Of a stretch of DNA of 64,000 nucleotides, positions 19,335 to 28,649 are shown piece after piece (position 1 is the stretch's first letter; every line of letters starts with the position of its first letter). The notes below the pieces were generated by a model that had not been told where the DNA came from, made no database searches, and saw nothing but the letters and a program-made list of their open reading frames with translations. The translations under genes and the position numbers were made by a program. This DNA is from an uncultured Candidatus Binatia bacterium (GTDB lineage: Bacteria; Desulfobacterota; Binatia; UBA9968; JAJDTQ01): assembly GCA_965242525.1 (NCBI GenBank), contig OZ251459.1:2688001-2752000 (forward strand), written 5' to 3'.

Positions 19335-19512
19335 TCAAGCGGCGTCAATTTCCCTTTCCTTGGCCGGAGGGTGGGGAATTCCGTATCCTGTGCATTCATG
19401 GAGGCGACAGACTCGAAATCCTAAAGAGCCGTAGTCTTGAAGTCCCCCTTGAAGTCTCCTATCCTGAAGCTGACTTAGCGCGCCGTTACGAAGACTCGAA
19501 TGGGACCCGGAA

Positions 19513-20748
19513 ATGATGGAAACTGATTTTCACAGACCCGCCGTTGTCGTAGATGATCTGCGAGAAATCCTGATGGTCGACAGGCTGCCCGTTGGCTTTC
19601 TTCTCGGGGCGGGTTGCCCATGCTCAATCAAGGTCCCGGACCCAGATGGCTCACCTCTCATCCCGGACGCAAGAGGACTTACAAAGGCAGTCGTAGATCG
19701 GTCTTCCGTCACCGATATGGCTGACTCATTCCAACGCCTCCAAAAGATGCTAGTCGAGGACGGACAAAAGGACCCGACTATCGAACATATGCTAACCCGT
19801 GTTCGTGCGATGGAGACCGTTGTTGGCAACGCTAAAGTACGAGGCTTTTCCGCGTCTGATCTGCAGCAACTGGAGCAGTCGATCTGCCGGACCATCTCCA
19901 GCATGGTAAACAAACAGCTTCCTGAGTCAACGACGACACCCTATCACTCCTTGGTCAGATGGATCGGACAGCGCACGAATAGAACCGTCATTTTCACTAC
20001 CAACTACGACTTGCTTATTGAGCAGGCATTTGAGGCGCTTCAAGCGCCATTCTTCGACGGATTCATCGGTTCCTACCAGCCGGTTTTCGATCAGTATGCG
20101 ATGGAACAGGATGACCTGCCAGCGCGATGGGCTCTGGTCTGTAAGCTCCACGGCTCGATCAACTGGCGATTCATCCACCAGAGAAATACGATCGTGCGAA
20201 GCTTGGACGAAGCAGGAGACGAGCTCCTCATTCACCCTTCGCACCTGAAATATACCGAAAGTAGACGCATGCCGTACCTCGTAATGCTTGACCGCCTCAA
20301 GGCGTTTATAGGGAACGACAGAAAGCCGGCCGCTCTGTTTACGATCGGCTACTCGTTCTCCGACGAGCATATCAATGACACGATTGCGGATAGCCTTCGA
20401 GCCAATCCTTCTGCAGTATGTTATGCGCTTCAGTACGGCAAGCTGTCGGCTTATCCGCAAGTCGATAGCTTGGCCGAACGGTGCTCCAATTTGCATGTTC
20501 TTGCTCTTGATGAAGCGGTGACCGCTGGCCGGCGTTCCTGTTGGGAAACGTGCTCTCGTGAGCAGATAGAACAACTCGATGATGCATTTCGTTCTCCATC
20601 TTCCGAAGAGGAGACTTCCAAAGCTGGCAGCGAGGGCGTCGATGGTGACGAGGTTGCTGTTGAGTTCCGTCTTGGGGATTTCGACATTTTCGGGCACTTT
20701 CTCGCGTCTTTCTCACCCTTGAAAGTACCATCATTAGGTTATAGCTGA
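19513..20748 (+). CDS. SIR2-family NADase (Sir2-HerA/Nezha-type defence)
   Basis: GFLLGAG, FTTNYDLLIE, KLHGSINW, IGYSFSDEHIN; less GC-biased than the flanking genes. Confidence 0.9.
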   Translation: MMETDFHRPAVVVDDLREILMVDRLPVGFLLGAGCPCSIKVPDPDGSPLIPDARGLTKAVVDRSSVTDMADSFQRLQKMLVEDGQKDPTIEHMLTRVRAMETVVGNAKVRGFSASDLQQLEQSICRTISSMVNKQLPESTTTPYHSLVRWIGQRTNRTVIFTTNYDLLIEQAFEALQAPFFDGFIGSYQPVFDQYAMEQDDLPARWALVCKLHGSINWRFIHQRNTIVRSLDEAGDELLIHPSHLKYTESRRMPYLVMLDRLKAFIGNDRKPAALFTIGYSFSDEHINDTIADSLRANPSAVCYALQYGKLSAYPQVDSLAERCSNLHVLALDEAVTAGRRSCWETCSREQIEQLDDAFRSPSSEEETSKAGSEGVDGDEVAVEFRLGDFDIFGHFLASFSPLKVPSLGYS

Positions 20749-20757
20749 GGCAACTCC

Positions 20758-22671
20758 GTGAATATCGACCCCACGTTTCTTGGAACTGTTGAGGATGTGT
20801 CCGGTACGACGGTTCGTGTCAGATTGGATGACGCCACGGCCTCTGGCCTTAGCTTCATAGGTGGTCAAAGCTATCGAGTCGGCCAGCTTGGAGGATTTGT
20901 ACGCTTCCCGATGGGGTTCGTGAATCTCTACGGGATAGTATCGCAAGTCGGAGCGAGCGCGGTACCGCAACGTTCGATGGCGGAGTTATCCCAGGACAAT
21001 AGATGGATCACGGTTCAGCTTGTGGGCGAAGTGCGTCCAAACAAGGACTTTCAGAGGGGGATTTCGCAGCACCCCACAGTAGGAGACTCTGCGCATTTGG
21101 TGACCAAAGAAGATCTCGGGACGATCTACCGAAGGCCCAGGGACCCCCGCTATGTTGCAATTGGTCATTTGGCCGCGGCTGAGTCGATTCCGGCGTTGAT
21201 CGACCTGAACGCTCTCGTCACTCGGCACAGCGCGGTCGTAGGAGCTACCGGGTCAGGGAAGTCCACTACTGTGGCTGGCGTTCTGTCGGCGTTAGCCGAC
21301 GGGAATCGGTATCCTTCCGCGAGAGTGCTTATTATCGACATACACGGCGAATATGGGGCTGCACTGGGAAAGAGGGCGGCAATCTATCGTACCAATCCAG
21401 ACGAAGAAAGGGGTGAAAGGCCGCTTCGGGTCCCTTATTGGGCAATGAGCTTGGAGGAACTAATGCCCGTGACGTTCGGGCAACTCGAAGGCCGCGAAAG
21501 GGGAGCCCTGGTAGATCGGATCGTGACCCTCAAGAGGCAGGCGCTTGAAGCTTGCCCGAGGAATGGCGTAGCTGAGGACGATCTAACGGTGGACACGCCG
21601 GTGCCTTTCAGTATTCACAAGCTATGGTTCGACCTTCACTGTGAGATTAACGCAACGCACGTCGAGAAGGCCGGCACGAAACAATCAAGAGAGACATGGG
21701 CCTTGGAGAAGGGAGACGATGGCAGGCCTGTTCAGCCAGGGGATGTGATGAAGGTTGTGCCTCCACGTTTTCGGGGAGCCAAGGATGTAAAGGGCGATGA
21801 GGAGAAAATCCGTCTGAGCAACTCGAACTTGAACATGGGTAGGCCAGTCGATGCTTTGGCGGCAAGATTGCGGGACACGAGATTCGACTTTCTCTTTCGT
21901 TCTGGTCCGTACCTGCCCGACGAGAATGGAAAGGTACAGGCTGACCTCGGCGAGCTGTTGGCTGAGTGGCTAGGAGAGGAACAGCCGGTTACCGTACTGG
22001 ATCTGTCGGGAGTGCCAAGCTCGATCCAGGCGGAGATCGTGGGTACACTCCTTCGTGTGGTGTATGACGCCTTGTTCTGGGCAAGGAACCTTCCCGAAGG
22101 CGGACGTGAGCGCCCGTTGCTGATCGTGTTGGAGGAGGCGCATGCATATCTTGGCAGTGATGTTGAAGGAAGCGCGGCGGCAGGCGTGCGGCGAATAGCG
22201 AAGGAGGGTCGCAAGTATGGCATCGGGGTCATGTTGGTTAGCCAGAGGCCATCAGAGATCGACGCAACGGTTCTTTCTCAGTGCGGGACGATTTTCGCCA
22301 TGAGGCTAGCGAACCGAGAGGACCGCGGAAAGGTGGAAGGGGCGGCGAGCGACAGCTTGGAAGGACTGTTCGGCGTACTTCCAGTGCTGCGGACCGGTGA
22401 GGCCCTGATCGTTGGCGAAGCGGTCAACATACCTATCCGTGCGAACGTTGACCGTGTGCGTCGACCACCGGACAGCGAGGACCCTGCAGTAGTGGTTGAG
22501 GGAGACGAAGAAGACGGGTATGCGGCGCCAGGGGGTTGGAATCAGCGGCGCGACAAGGCAGACTACGATGAAGTTGTCGAGGTGTGGAGGCGACAAAACC
22601 CGCATCCTCGCAGAGTGCTAGAGGCAAGTAAGACAGTAGATGGAGGAGAAAATGATACGTCAACCGGTTAG
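20758..22671 (+). CDS. HerA/FtsK-like ATPase (DUF87 with N-terminal HAS barrel)
   Basis: Walker A GATGSGKST, IIDIHGEY, Walker B IVLEEAH, RIAKEGRKYG..LVSQRPSE. Confidence 0.92.
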   Translation: MNIDPTFLGTVEDVSGTTVRVRLDDATASGLSFIGGQSYRVGQLGGFVRFPMGFVNLYGIVSQVGASAVPQRSMAELSQDNRWITVQLVGEVRPNKDFQRGISQHPTVGDSAHLVTKEDLGTIYRRPRDPRYVAIGHLAAAESIPALIDLNALVTRHSAVVGATGSGKSTTVAGVLSALADGNRYPSARVLIIDIHGEYGAALGKRAAIYRTNPDEERGERPLRVPYWAMSLEELMPVTFGQLEGRERGALVDRIVTLKRQALEACPRNGVAEDDLTVDTPVPFSIHKLWFDLHCEINATHVEKAGTKQSRETWALEKGDDGRPVQPGDVMKVVPPRFRGAKDVKGDEEKIRLSNSNLNMGRPVDALAARLRDTRFDFLFRSGPYLPDENGKVQADLGELLAEWLGEEQPVTVLDLSGVPSSIQAEIVGTLLRVVYDALFWARNLPEGGRERPLLIVLEEAHAYLGSDVEGSAAAGVRRIAKEGRKYGIGVMLVSQRPSEIDATVLSQCGTIFAMRLANREDRGKVEGAASDSLEGLFGVLPVLRTGEALIVGEAVNIPIRANVDRVRRPPDSEDPAVVVEGDEEDGYAAPGGWNQRRDKADYDEVVEVWRRQNPHPRRVLEASKTVDGGENDTSTG

Positions 22672-22861
22672 CTCGAGCAACTTGGTAGAGGTCGGCTACG
22701 ACCCCACGAGGCAGATCCTGGAGGTCTATTTCAAGAGCGGCCACACTTACCAGTACTTCGACGTCCCTGAGCGTATCCATGAGGACTTGATGACGGCTGG
22801 GTCTCCGGGTGGGTACTTGAGTCGTGAAGTAAAGGGCAAGTACCGGTACGCCAGGGTTTGA
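22652..22861 (+). CDS. KTSC domain protein
   Basis: PVSSSNL..VGYD, LEV.F.SG..YQYFDVP, A.SPGGY, KGKY; GGAGGAG RBS; overlaps the HerA end. Confidence 0.88.
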   Translation: MIRQPVSSSNLVEVGYDPTRQILEVYFKSGHTYQYFDVPERIHEDLMTAGSPGGYLSREVKGKYRYARV

Positions 22862-23053
22862 TCGAAGGGATAGGCCGTCGCTTCGACTGGTGCCGATTCG
22901 CACGTCCGCAAGGCCAAGTATCAGGTAGCAAGCCTTAGGCGTGAGGCACGAGCTTGGAAGGCCGGATGACGGTCTGTTGCTGCGAACCAATGCTAGGGGA
23001 AGCAGTCCCTAAGTCGGTGGGCTGACTTGAGTCCCCTCGGGTTGTCGAAAGGG

Positions 23054-23917
23054 TCATTGGTTGATCCTGGAGTTTGCCGGATCATCTCCGAGTCTTTCCA
23101 GAGCGTCATGCAGTAGCGTGTCAAGTAACCGTCTCCGCGTCGTTTCTCGTTCCATCTGCACCGCTTCCAGCCCATCGCACAGCGCCATCAGTTCATCGAC
23201 CTTGGTGACAATTCGGCTTTGTTCACTAAGGGGCGGAAGTGGGAAAGGTGCGATGATGGCGTCTTCCGTCCGCAATCTTGGCATTTTCGTTCCCTGCCCG
23301 AGTCGCGTCACGTAGGCGACGAAATCGGGGCGCCGCAAGGCCAAGCCGCAATAGTGTGAGCAAATCGGAAGATACGGACGGAGGGCGACAATCTCAGTCG
23401 TTGAGTAGCCTGGTTCGTCTGCAACAATGACCTTGTTCAAGTACGGTCGCAGCTTTCCATAAAGAATATCGCCAACGCGAAATTCGGATTTGGTACTCTT
23501 GGATTCCCTTCCAGATGCTTGAATCCGAGCGAGCAAGTGCCCGGTGTCTTTTTCAACATCTTCAAGTTCCAAGAGCCACAGGTTTTGATCCAACGATACA
23601 GGCTCCCGTTTACTTCCTGCATCGTACAAGAAAAGCTCACCGAGAGCGCTCCATTCCCATGATCGTGGCAACTCGAAAGGGGCTTCGGCCATGCGAGCCG
23701 GATTGACTTTGCTTTTCTTGATCTCCCCCGTCTTCACCAACCGCGCCTTCTCCTCCGCTATCCGCTTCAGCAACCCCGCTGCCGGCTCATCCTTCGGGTC
23801 CTGCGGCACGAGCTTGCCGCGGACCGCTAAATCGAGGATGAAGCGTCGCAGCCGCTCCACGGACTCTGGTGACTGAATCAGCCGGTCGAAATTGCCGAGC
23901 AGTGCCTCGATGCTCAT
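23054..23917 (-). CDS. hsdS: Type I R-M specificity subunit, single-TRD (half-size)
   Basis: LAVRGKLVPQDP.DEPA, PFELP.SW.W, GDILYGKLRPYL, PLPPLSEQ.RIV; only 287 aa. Confidence 0.85.
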   Translation of the reverse strand: MSIEALLGNFDRLIQSPESVERLRRFILDLAVRGKLVPQDPKDEPAAGLLKRIAEEKARLVKTGEIKKSKVNPARMAEAPFELPRSWEWSALGELFLYDAGSKREPVSLDQNLWLLELEDVEKDTGHLLARIQASGRESKSTKSEFRVGDILYGKLRPYLNKVIVADEPGYSTTEIVALRPYLPICSHYCGLALRRPDFVAYVTRLGQGTKMPRLRTEDAIIAPFPLPPLSEQSRIVTKVDELMALCDGLEAVQMERETTRRRLLDTLLHDALERLGDDPANSRINQ

Positions 23918-24007
23918 GGCGTTCGCGCCTCGCTGCGTTCAGTCTGCGGTCCCAGAAGGTCGAGTCGTTTCCCGGCGTGAGGAGTCAGTTGAGACGGGGT
24001 CGCCATG

Positions 24008-24193
24008 TCAGGTTGCAGTCGAATCCTCGTCCTCGGATCTCTTTGCGGTCTCGATCAGCCGATTCCCGTACTGCTTCTGCATTTCCATGTAGAAGGCCAC
24101 CAACCGCGCAGGATCATGACCAAAACGCGCTGAAATGCGATGCCGCACTTCCCGGATCTCATCGAGGACGGGATCACTCAGGTCCTGTTTCAT
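24008..24193 (-). CDS. Small hypothetical protein (probable partner of a lost PIN toxin)
   Basis: 61 aa, DPVLDEIREVRHRISARFGHD; preceded by an LVTPLEL remnant. Confidence 0.55.
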   Translation of the reverse strand: MKQDLSDPVLDEIREVRHRISARFGHDPARLVAFYMEMQKQYGNRLIETAKRSEDEDSTAT

Positions 24194-24248
24194 TACTTCC
24201 TCTAAAGAGTTCCAGCGGGGTCACCAGCATCTCCTTCAACGCTGTCCC

Positions 24249-24542
24249 CTAAGCGATAGGCTGTAGCGTCAGTCGGAGTCCAAGCGCTTTTGCCACTATG
24301 GCCACGGTGGAAAAAGAGGGATTTCCCTCACTCGACAACGCCTTGTACAAGCCTTCGCGGGTCAGGCCCGTATCCTTGGCGATTTGGCTCATGTTGCGGG
24401 CGCGAGCGGCAGCCCTCAATGCCTGCACGATGAATGCAGGATCGTCCTCCGCCTCTTCCAGGCAGGCTTCCAGGTACAGCCGTATGTCTTCGTCAGTCCT
24501 GAGATATTCTGCCGAGTTCCAACGGGTTGTGGAAAGAGCCAT
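24249..24542 (-). CDS. Addiction-module antidote antitoxin (orphan)
   Basis: W.SAEYL.T.EDI..YL, TGLTREGLYKALS.EGNPSFST; paralogous to 17094-17393. Confidence 0.88.
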   Translation of the reverse strand: MALSTTRWNSAEYLRTDEDIRLYLEACLEEAEDDPAFIVQALRAAARARNMSQIAKDTGLTREGLYKALSSEGNPSFSTVAIVAKALGLRLTLQPIA

Positions 24543-24569
24543 TGGTCAATCCTCCAGTTTGCCTGCCAA

Positions 24570-24684
24570 GGAACGTCTGATCAATTCCGGCTTGAACTCT
24601 CTCTCCCTCTCCCTGCAGGAAAGCGCGTCCTTCGACTTCGCTTCGCTACGCTCAGGACGAACGGGGATGATTGTTCAGGATTCC
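24570..24684 (+). mobile_element. MITE-like element copy E
   Basis: GGAACGTCTGATCAATT ... GATTGTTCAGGATTCC with REP core near 24623-24666. Confidence 0.65.
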
Positions 24685-24733
24685 CTGATTTCTGGACCTC
24701 AACGTACTCAATCGTCCGGGGCAAGGCAAGCCT

Positions 24734-26191
24734 TCACCTCCCCAGCGCCTCCCCCAGCATCGCCCTCAGCCGCTCCCGCAGGGCTGCGGTCTCGGCCTCC
24801 GCTTCGGCCAGTTTCGCCAGCAGTTCTTCCGGGTCGCCGTGGTCGGCTTCCGCGGCGTGGGGGTTCTTGACGTCCAGGTTCCAGCCGCGGGCCGCGACCT
24901 CGTCCGCGTCCACTTTCCAGGCGCGGGGGGTTGCCTTGCGGCCCTTGCGGTTCGGGCCGCCCCACCAGTCCATGCAGGGTTGCAGGTGTTCCAGCTTGAT
25001 GGGCCTGGTCATGGAATAGGCTTTCCGGTCTTCGGGCACGAGGTGCTCGTAGAACCAGGTTTCCCGGGTGGGCTCGCCCTTCTCGAAGAACAGCAGGTTG
25101 GTGCCGATGGAGGCGTAGGGCTTGAACACGGAGTTGGGCAGGCGGACGATGGTGTGGAGGTTGCACTCCTCCATCAGGTGCTCCTTGAGCCGGGTCTTGA
25201 CGCCCTCGCCGAACAGGGAGCCGTCGGGCAGCACCACCGCGGCGCGCCCGCCGGGCTTCAGCAGCCGCACGATCAGGGCCAGGAACAGGTCCGCGGTCTC
25301 CTTGGTGCGGAAGTGCGCGGGGAAGTTGCTCTCGATGCCGTCTTCTTCCTTGCCGCCGAAGGGCGGGTTGGTGAGCACCACGTCCACCCGGTCCTTCCGC
25401 CCCCAGCTCGTGTAGGGCCGCGCCAGGGTGTTGTCGTGGCGCACGAAGCCCGGGTCCTCGACGCCGTGCAGCAGCATGTTGGTGACGCACAGCATGTGCG
25501 GAAGCTGCTTCTTCTCCACCGCGCGCAGGGACGCCTGCATGGCCTGCTCGTCCTCGGGCCGCTTGACGTAGCGCTTGCGCATGTGGCGCAGGGCGCAGGT
25601 CAGGAACCCGCCGGTGCCGCAGGCCGGGTCGAACATGACTTCGCCCGGCCTGGGGTCGATGCGGTCGGCCATGAAGGCGGTGACGGCCCGGGGCGTGTAG
25701 TACTCGCCGGCGTTGCCCGCGGACTGCAGGTCGTTCAGCAGTTGCTCGTAGATGTCGCCGAAGTGCTGGCGTTCGGTGAGGTCGTTGAAATCCACGTCGT
25801 TGATGCGGTTCACCACCTGCCGCATCAACTGGCCGGACTTCATGTAGTTGTAGGCGTCCTCGAACACGTCCCGCACCACGCGCCCCCGGTCTCCAGCCCG
25901 GCCGCCCGGCCGAAGCGCCTTCAGGGCCGGGAACAACTCGTCGTCGATGAAACCCAGCAGCGCGTCGCCGGTGACGCCTTCGGGGTCCGCGGCCCAGGCG
26001 CGCCACCGGAACCGTTCCGGGATCGGGGAAGCGTAGCCTTCCCGCATCAGTTCCAGTTCCCGGTCCTGGTCGTCGATGATCTTGAGGAAGAACATCCAGC
26101 ACAACTGGCTGATGCGCTGGGCGTCGCCGTCCACGCCCACGTCCTGGCGCATGACGTTCTGGACGGACTTGACCAGGGTGCGGACCGACAT
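24734..26191 (-). CDS. hsdM: Type I R-M methyltransferase subunit (N6-adenine)
   Basis: GEYYTPR, DPACGTGGFL, NPPF. Confidence 0.95.
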   Translation of the reverse strand: MSVRTLVKSVQNVMRQDVGVDGDAQRISQLCWMFFLKIIDDQDRELELMREGYASPIPERFRWRAWAADPEGVTGDALLGFIDDELFPALKALRPGGRAGDRGRVVRDVFEDAYNYMKSGQLMRQVVNRINDVDFNDLTERQHFGDIYEQLLNDLQSAGNAGEYYTPRAVTAFMADRIDPRPGEVMFDPACGTGGFLTCALRHMRKRYVKRPEDEQAMQASLRAVEKKQLPHMLCVTNMLLHGVEDPGFVRHDNTLARPYTSWGRKDRVDVVLTNPPFGGKEEDGIESNFPAHFRTKETADLFLALIVRLLKPGGRAAVVLPDGSLFGEGVKTRLKEHLMEECNLHTIVRLPNSVFKPYASIGTNLLFFEKGEPTRETWFYEHLVPEDRKAYSMTRPIKLEHLQPCMDWWGGPNRKGRKATPRAWKVDADEVAARGWNLDVKNPHAAEADHGDPEELLAKLAEAEAETAALRERLRAMLGEALGR

Positions 26192-26194
26192 GGT

Positions 26195-28635
26195 TCAGGC
26201 GGTCTCCCGGTACAGGGCGTCCTGCAGGGTGTGGACGGCCTCCACGAAACCCTCCCGGCCGCCGAACGCCTCGATCAACTGGACCGGCGTGCCCAGGCGG
26301 GTGAACGGCGCGATGCGCAGGACCTCGGTGTCGTCGAGGTTGAGCACCCCCTCGTCCGCGTACTTGTCGAGCAGGGCGTCGAGCACCGACCGGGCCCGGC
26401 CGCCGTACCGGGCGAACACGTCGCGTTTCCGGACGTTGTCCGCCCGTTCCCGGCGGGTCAGCGGCTTGGCGTCGAAGGCCACGTGGCAGATGAGGTCGAA
26501 GGGGTCCAGGTCCTTGCCCAGTTCCCAGGCCATGGCGTCGAGGCTCAGGCCCTCGGCCTCCAGCTCCTCGACCACCGCCTGTTTGCGCTCCGCGGCCTTC
26601 CAGCGCCGGAGGAAGGAGTCGAGGCTGGCGAAGCGCCGCTTCAACGCCTTGCGGGTGAAGTCGTACAGGGACTCGGTGACCAGCTTGCCGTGTTCGTCGA
26701 GGTGCTCCACCCGCTCGGCGACGATGCGCGCCCCTACCCGTCCACATAGACCTTGCGCCGGGCCTCGGAGGGTGGCGGACCCACCGGCGTACAGACGATG
26801 GTCTCGTCCTCGCCCGGTTCCCGCGGTATGGGGTCGTCCTCGTCGTCCGGGGGCGGCGCGTGGTCGGGCGGGGCGACGGGGTCGTCGTCCCCCGGTTCGT
26901 AGATCTGCACCGGCTCCCCGTCGAAGTCCGGGTCGGCGAAGTGGCTGGCAGCCCCGCGGAAGTCCATCAAGGTGAAATAGAACTTGCGCGTGTCCTCGTG
27001 CACGCGGCTGCCGCGCCCCACGATCTGCTTGAACTCGGTCATGGACCCCACCGGGCGGTCCAGCACGATCAACCGGCAGGTCTGGACGTCCACGCCGGTG
27101 GAGAGCAGGCGCGAGGTGGTGACCAGCACCGGGTAGCGGGATTCCGGGTCGATGAAGTTCCCCAACTGCGCCTGCCCTTCGGCGTCCTCTCCGGTGATGC
27201 GCATGACGTAGCGATGGTTCCGGCCCGTCAGGTCGGCGTTCTCGTTGACCAGCGCCTGCCTCATGCGGGCGGCGTGTTCCTGGTCCACGCAGAAGACCAT
27301 GGTCTTCTGGAAACGGTCGCCGCTCTGTTCCAGGAACTCGGTGACCTTGCGGGCCACCAGTTTCGTCCGCTCGTCCAGCACCAGGGTACGGTCGAAGTCC
27401 CGGGCGTTGTAGATGAGGTCCTCCACCTCCCGGCCCTCCCGGTCGAGTTGCCCGGCTACCGGGCGGTAGCCCTCCACGTCCCGGTCGATGTGGACCTTGA
27501 CGACCTTGTAGGGGGCGAGGAAGCCGTCGCGGATGCCCTGTTTCAGGGAGTAGGAATAGACCGGCTCGCCGAAGTAGTGGATGTTGGAGGCGTACCGGGT
27601 CTCCCGGGGCGTGGCGGTCAGTCCGACCTGCGCGGCCCCGGAGAAGTACTCCAGGATCTCCCGCCAAGCCGAGTCCTCCGCGGCGCTCCCCCGGTGGCAC
27701 TCGTCGATGACGATCAGGTCGAAGAAGCCGGGCGAGAACTCGCGGAAGAGCTTCTGCCGCTCCTCCGGTCCGGTGATGGCCTGGTAGAGGCCGAGATAGA
27801 CCTCGTAGGCGGTGTCGATGCGGCGCTTTCCGCCGTGGGCGTCGGTGGAGGTTTCGGCGCCGCGGTCCTCCCGCCGGATGGTCCCGGAGCGGGTGGAGAG
27901 CTTGGCCATGGCCGGGCCGAAGGGCCGGAAGTCGTTGACCATGGCCTGATCGACCAGCACGTTGCGGTCGGCCAGGAACAGGATGCGCTTCCGGCGGCCC
28001 GCCTTCCACAGCCGCCAGATGATCTGGAAGGCGGTGTAGGTCTTGCCGGTTCCCGTGGCCATGACCAGCAGGACCCGGTCCCGGCCCTTGGCGATGGCCT
28101 CCACCGCGGCGTTGACGGCGTTGACCTGGTAGTAGCGCGGGGCCTTGTCGCCGCCGTCGTCGAAATAGTCCTGGAGGACCACCTCCTCGGCCTCGGGGGT
28201 CAGCCCCTTCCAGGCCCGGTAGCGCTCCCACAGGTCGTCCGGCGACGGGAAGGAGTCGAGTCCGAGGGTGGTTTCCCTTTCGCCGCTCTTGCGGGTCCGG
28301 TCGTGGAACACGAAGCCGTCGCCGTTGGAGGAGAAGACGAAGGGGACCTCCAGCGTCTCGGCGTAGTCCAGGGCCTGCTGCATTCCGTCGCCCGCGGCGT
28401 GGGTTTTGTCCTTGGCCTCGATCAGCGCGATGGGGAGGTTGGGCCGGTAGTACAGCACGTAGTCGGCCCGCTTGGCCCTGCCCCGGCTCACCAGCCGGCC
28501 GCGCACGACGATGCGGCCCTTGGTGAAGCCTACCTCCTCGCGGACCTGCGACATCTCGTCCCACCCGGCCTTGCGCAGGGCCGGGGTGATGAACTTGGTG
28601 CAAACGTCGCGTTCGCTGAGTTTCCGCCCGTCCAC
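26195..28635 (-). pseudogene. hsdR: Type I restriction endonuclease subunit R (EcoAI-like), split by a 1-nt frameshift near 26737
   Basis: IEAK nuclease motif, [26 protein letters not shown]. The C-terminus ([10 protein letters not shown]...DPFDLICH...) continues in another frame. Confidence 0.88.
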
Positions 28636-28649
28636 GCCCGGGGCTTCCT

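Noticed and set aside
22862-23053. ncRNA downstream of KTSC (retron-like)
   Set aside because: No reverse transcriptase and no clear long inverted repeats; it cannot be supported without a covariance search.
16558-24700. Integron cassette array or prophage
   Set aside because: No integrase, no recognisable attC sites, mixed gene orientations and no phage genes.
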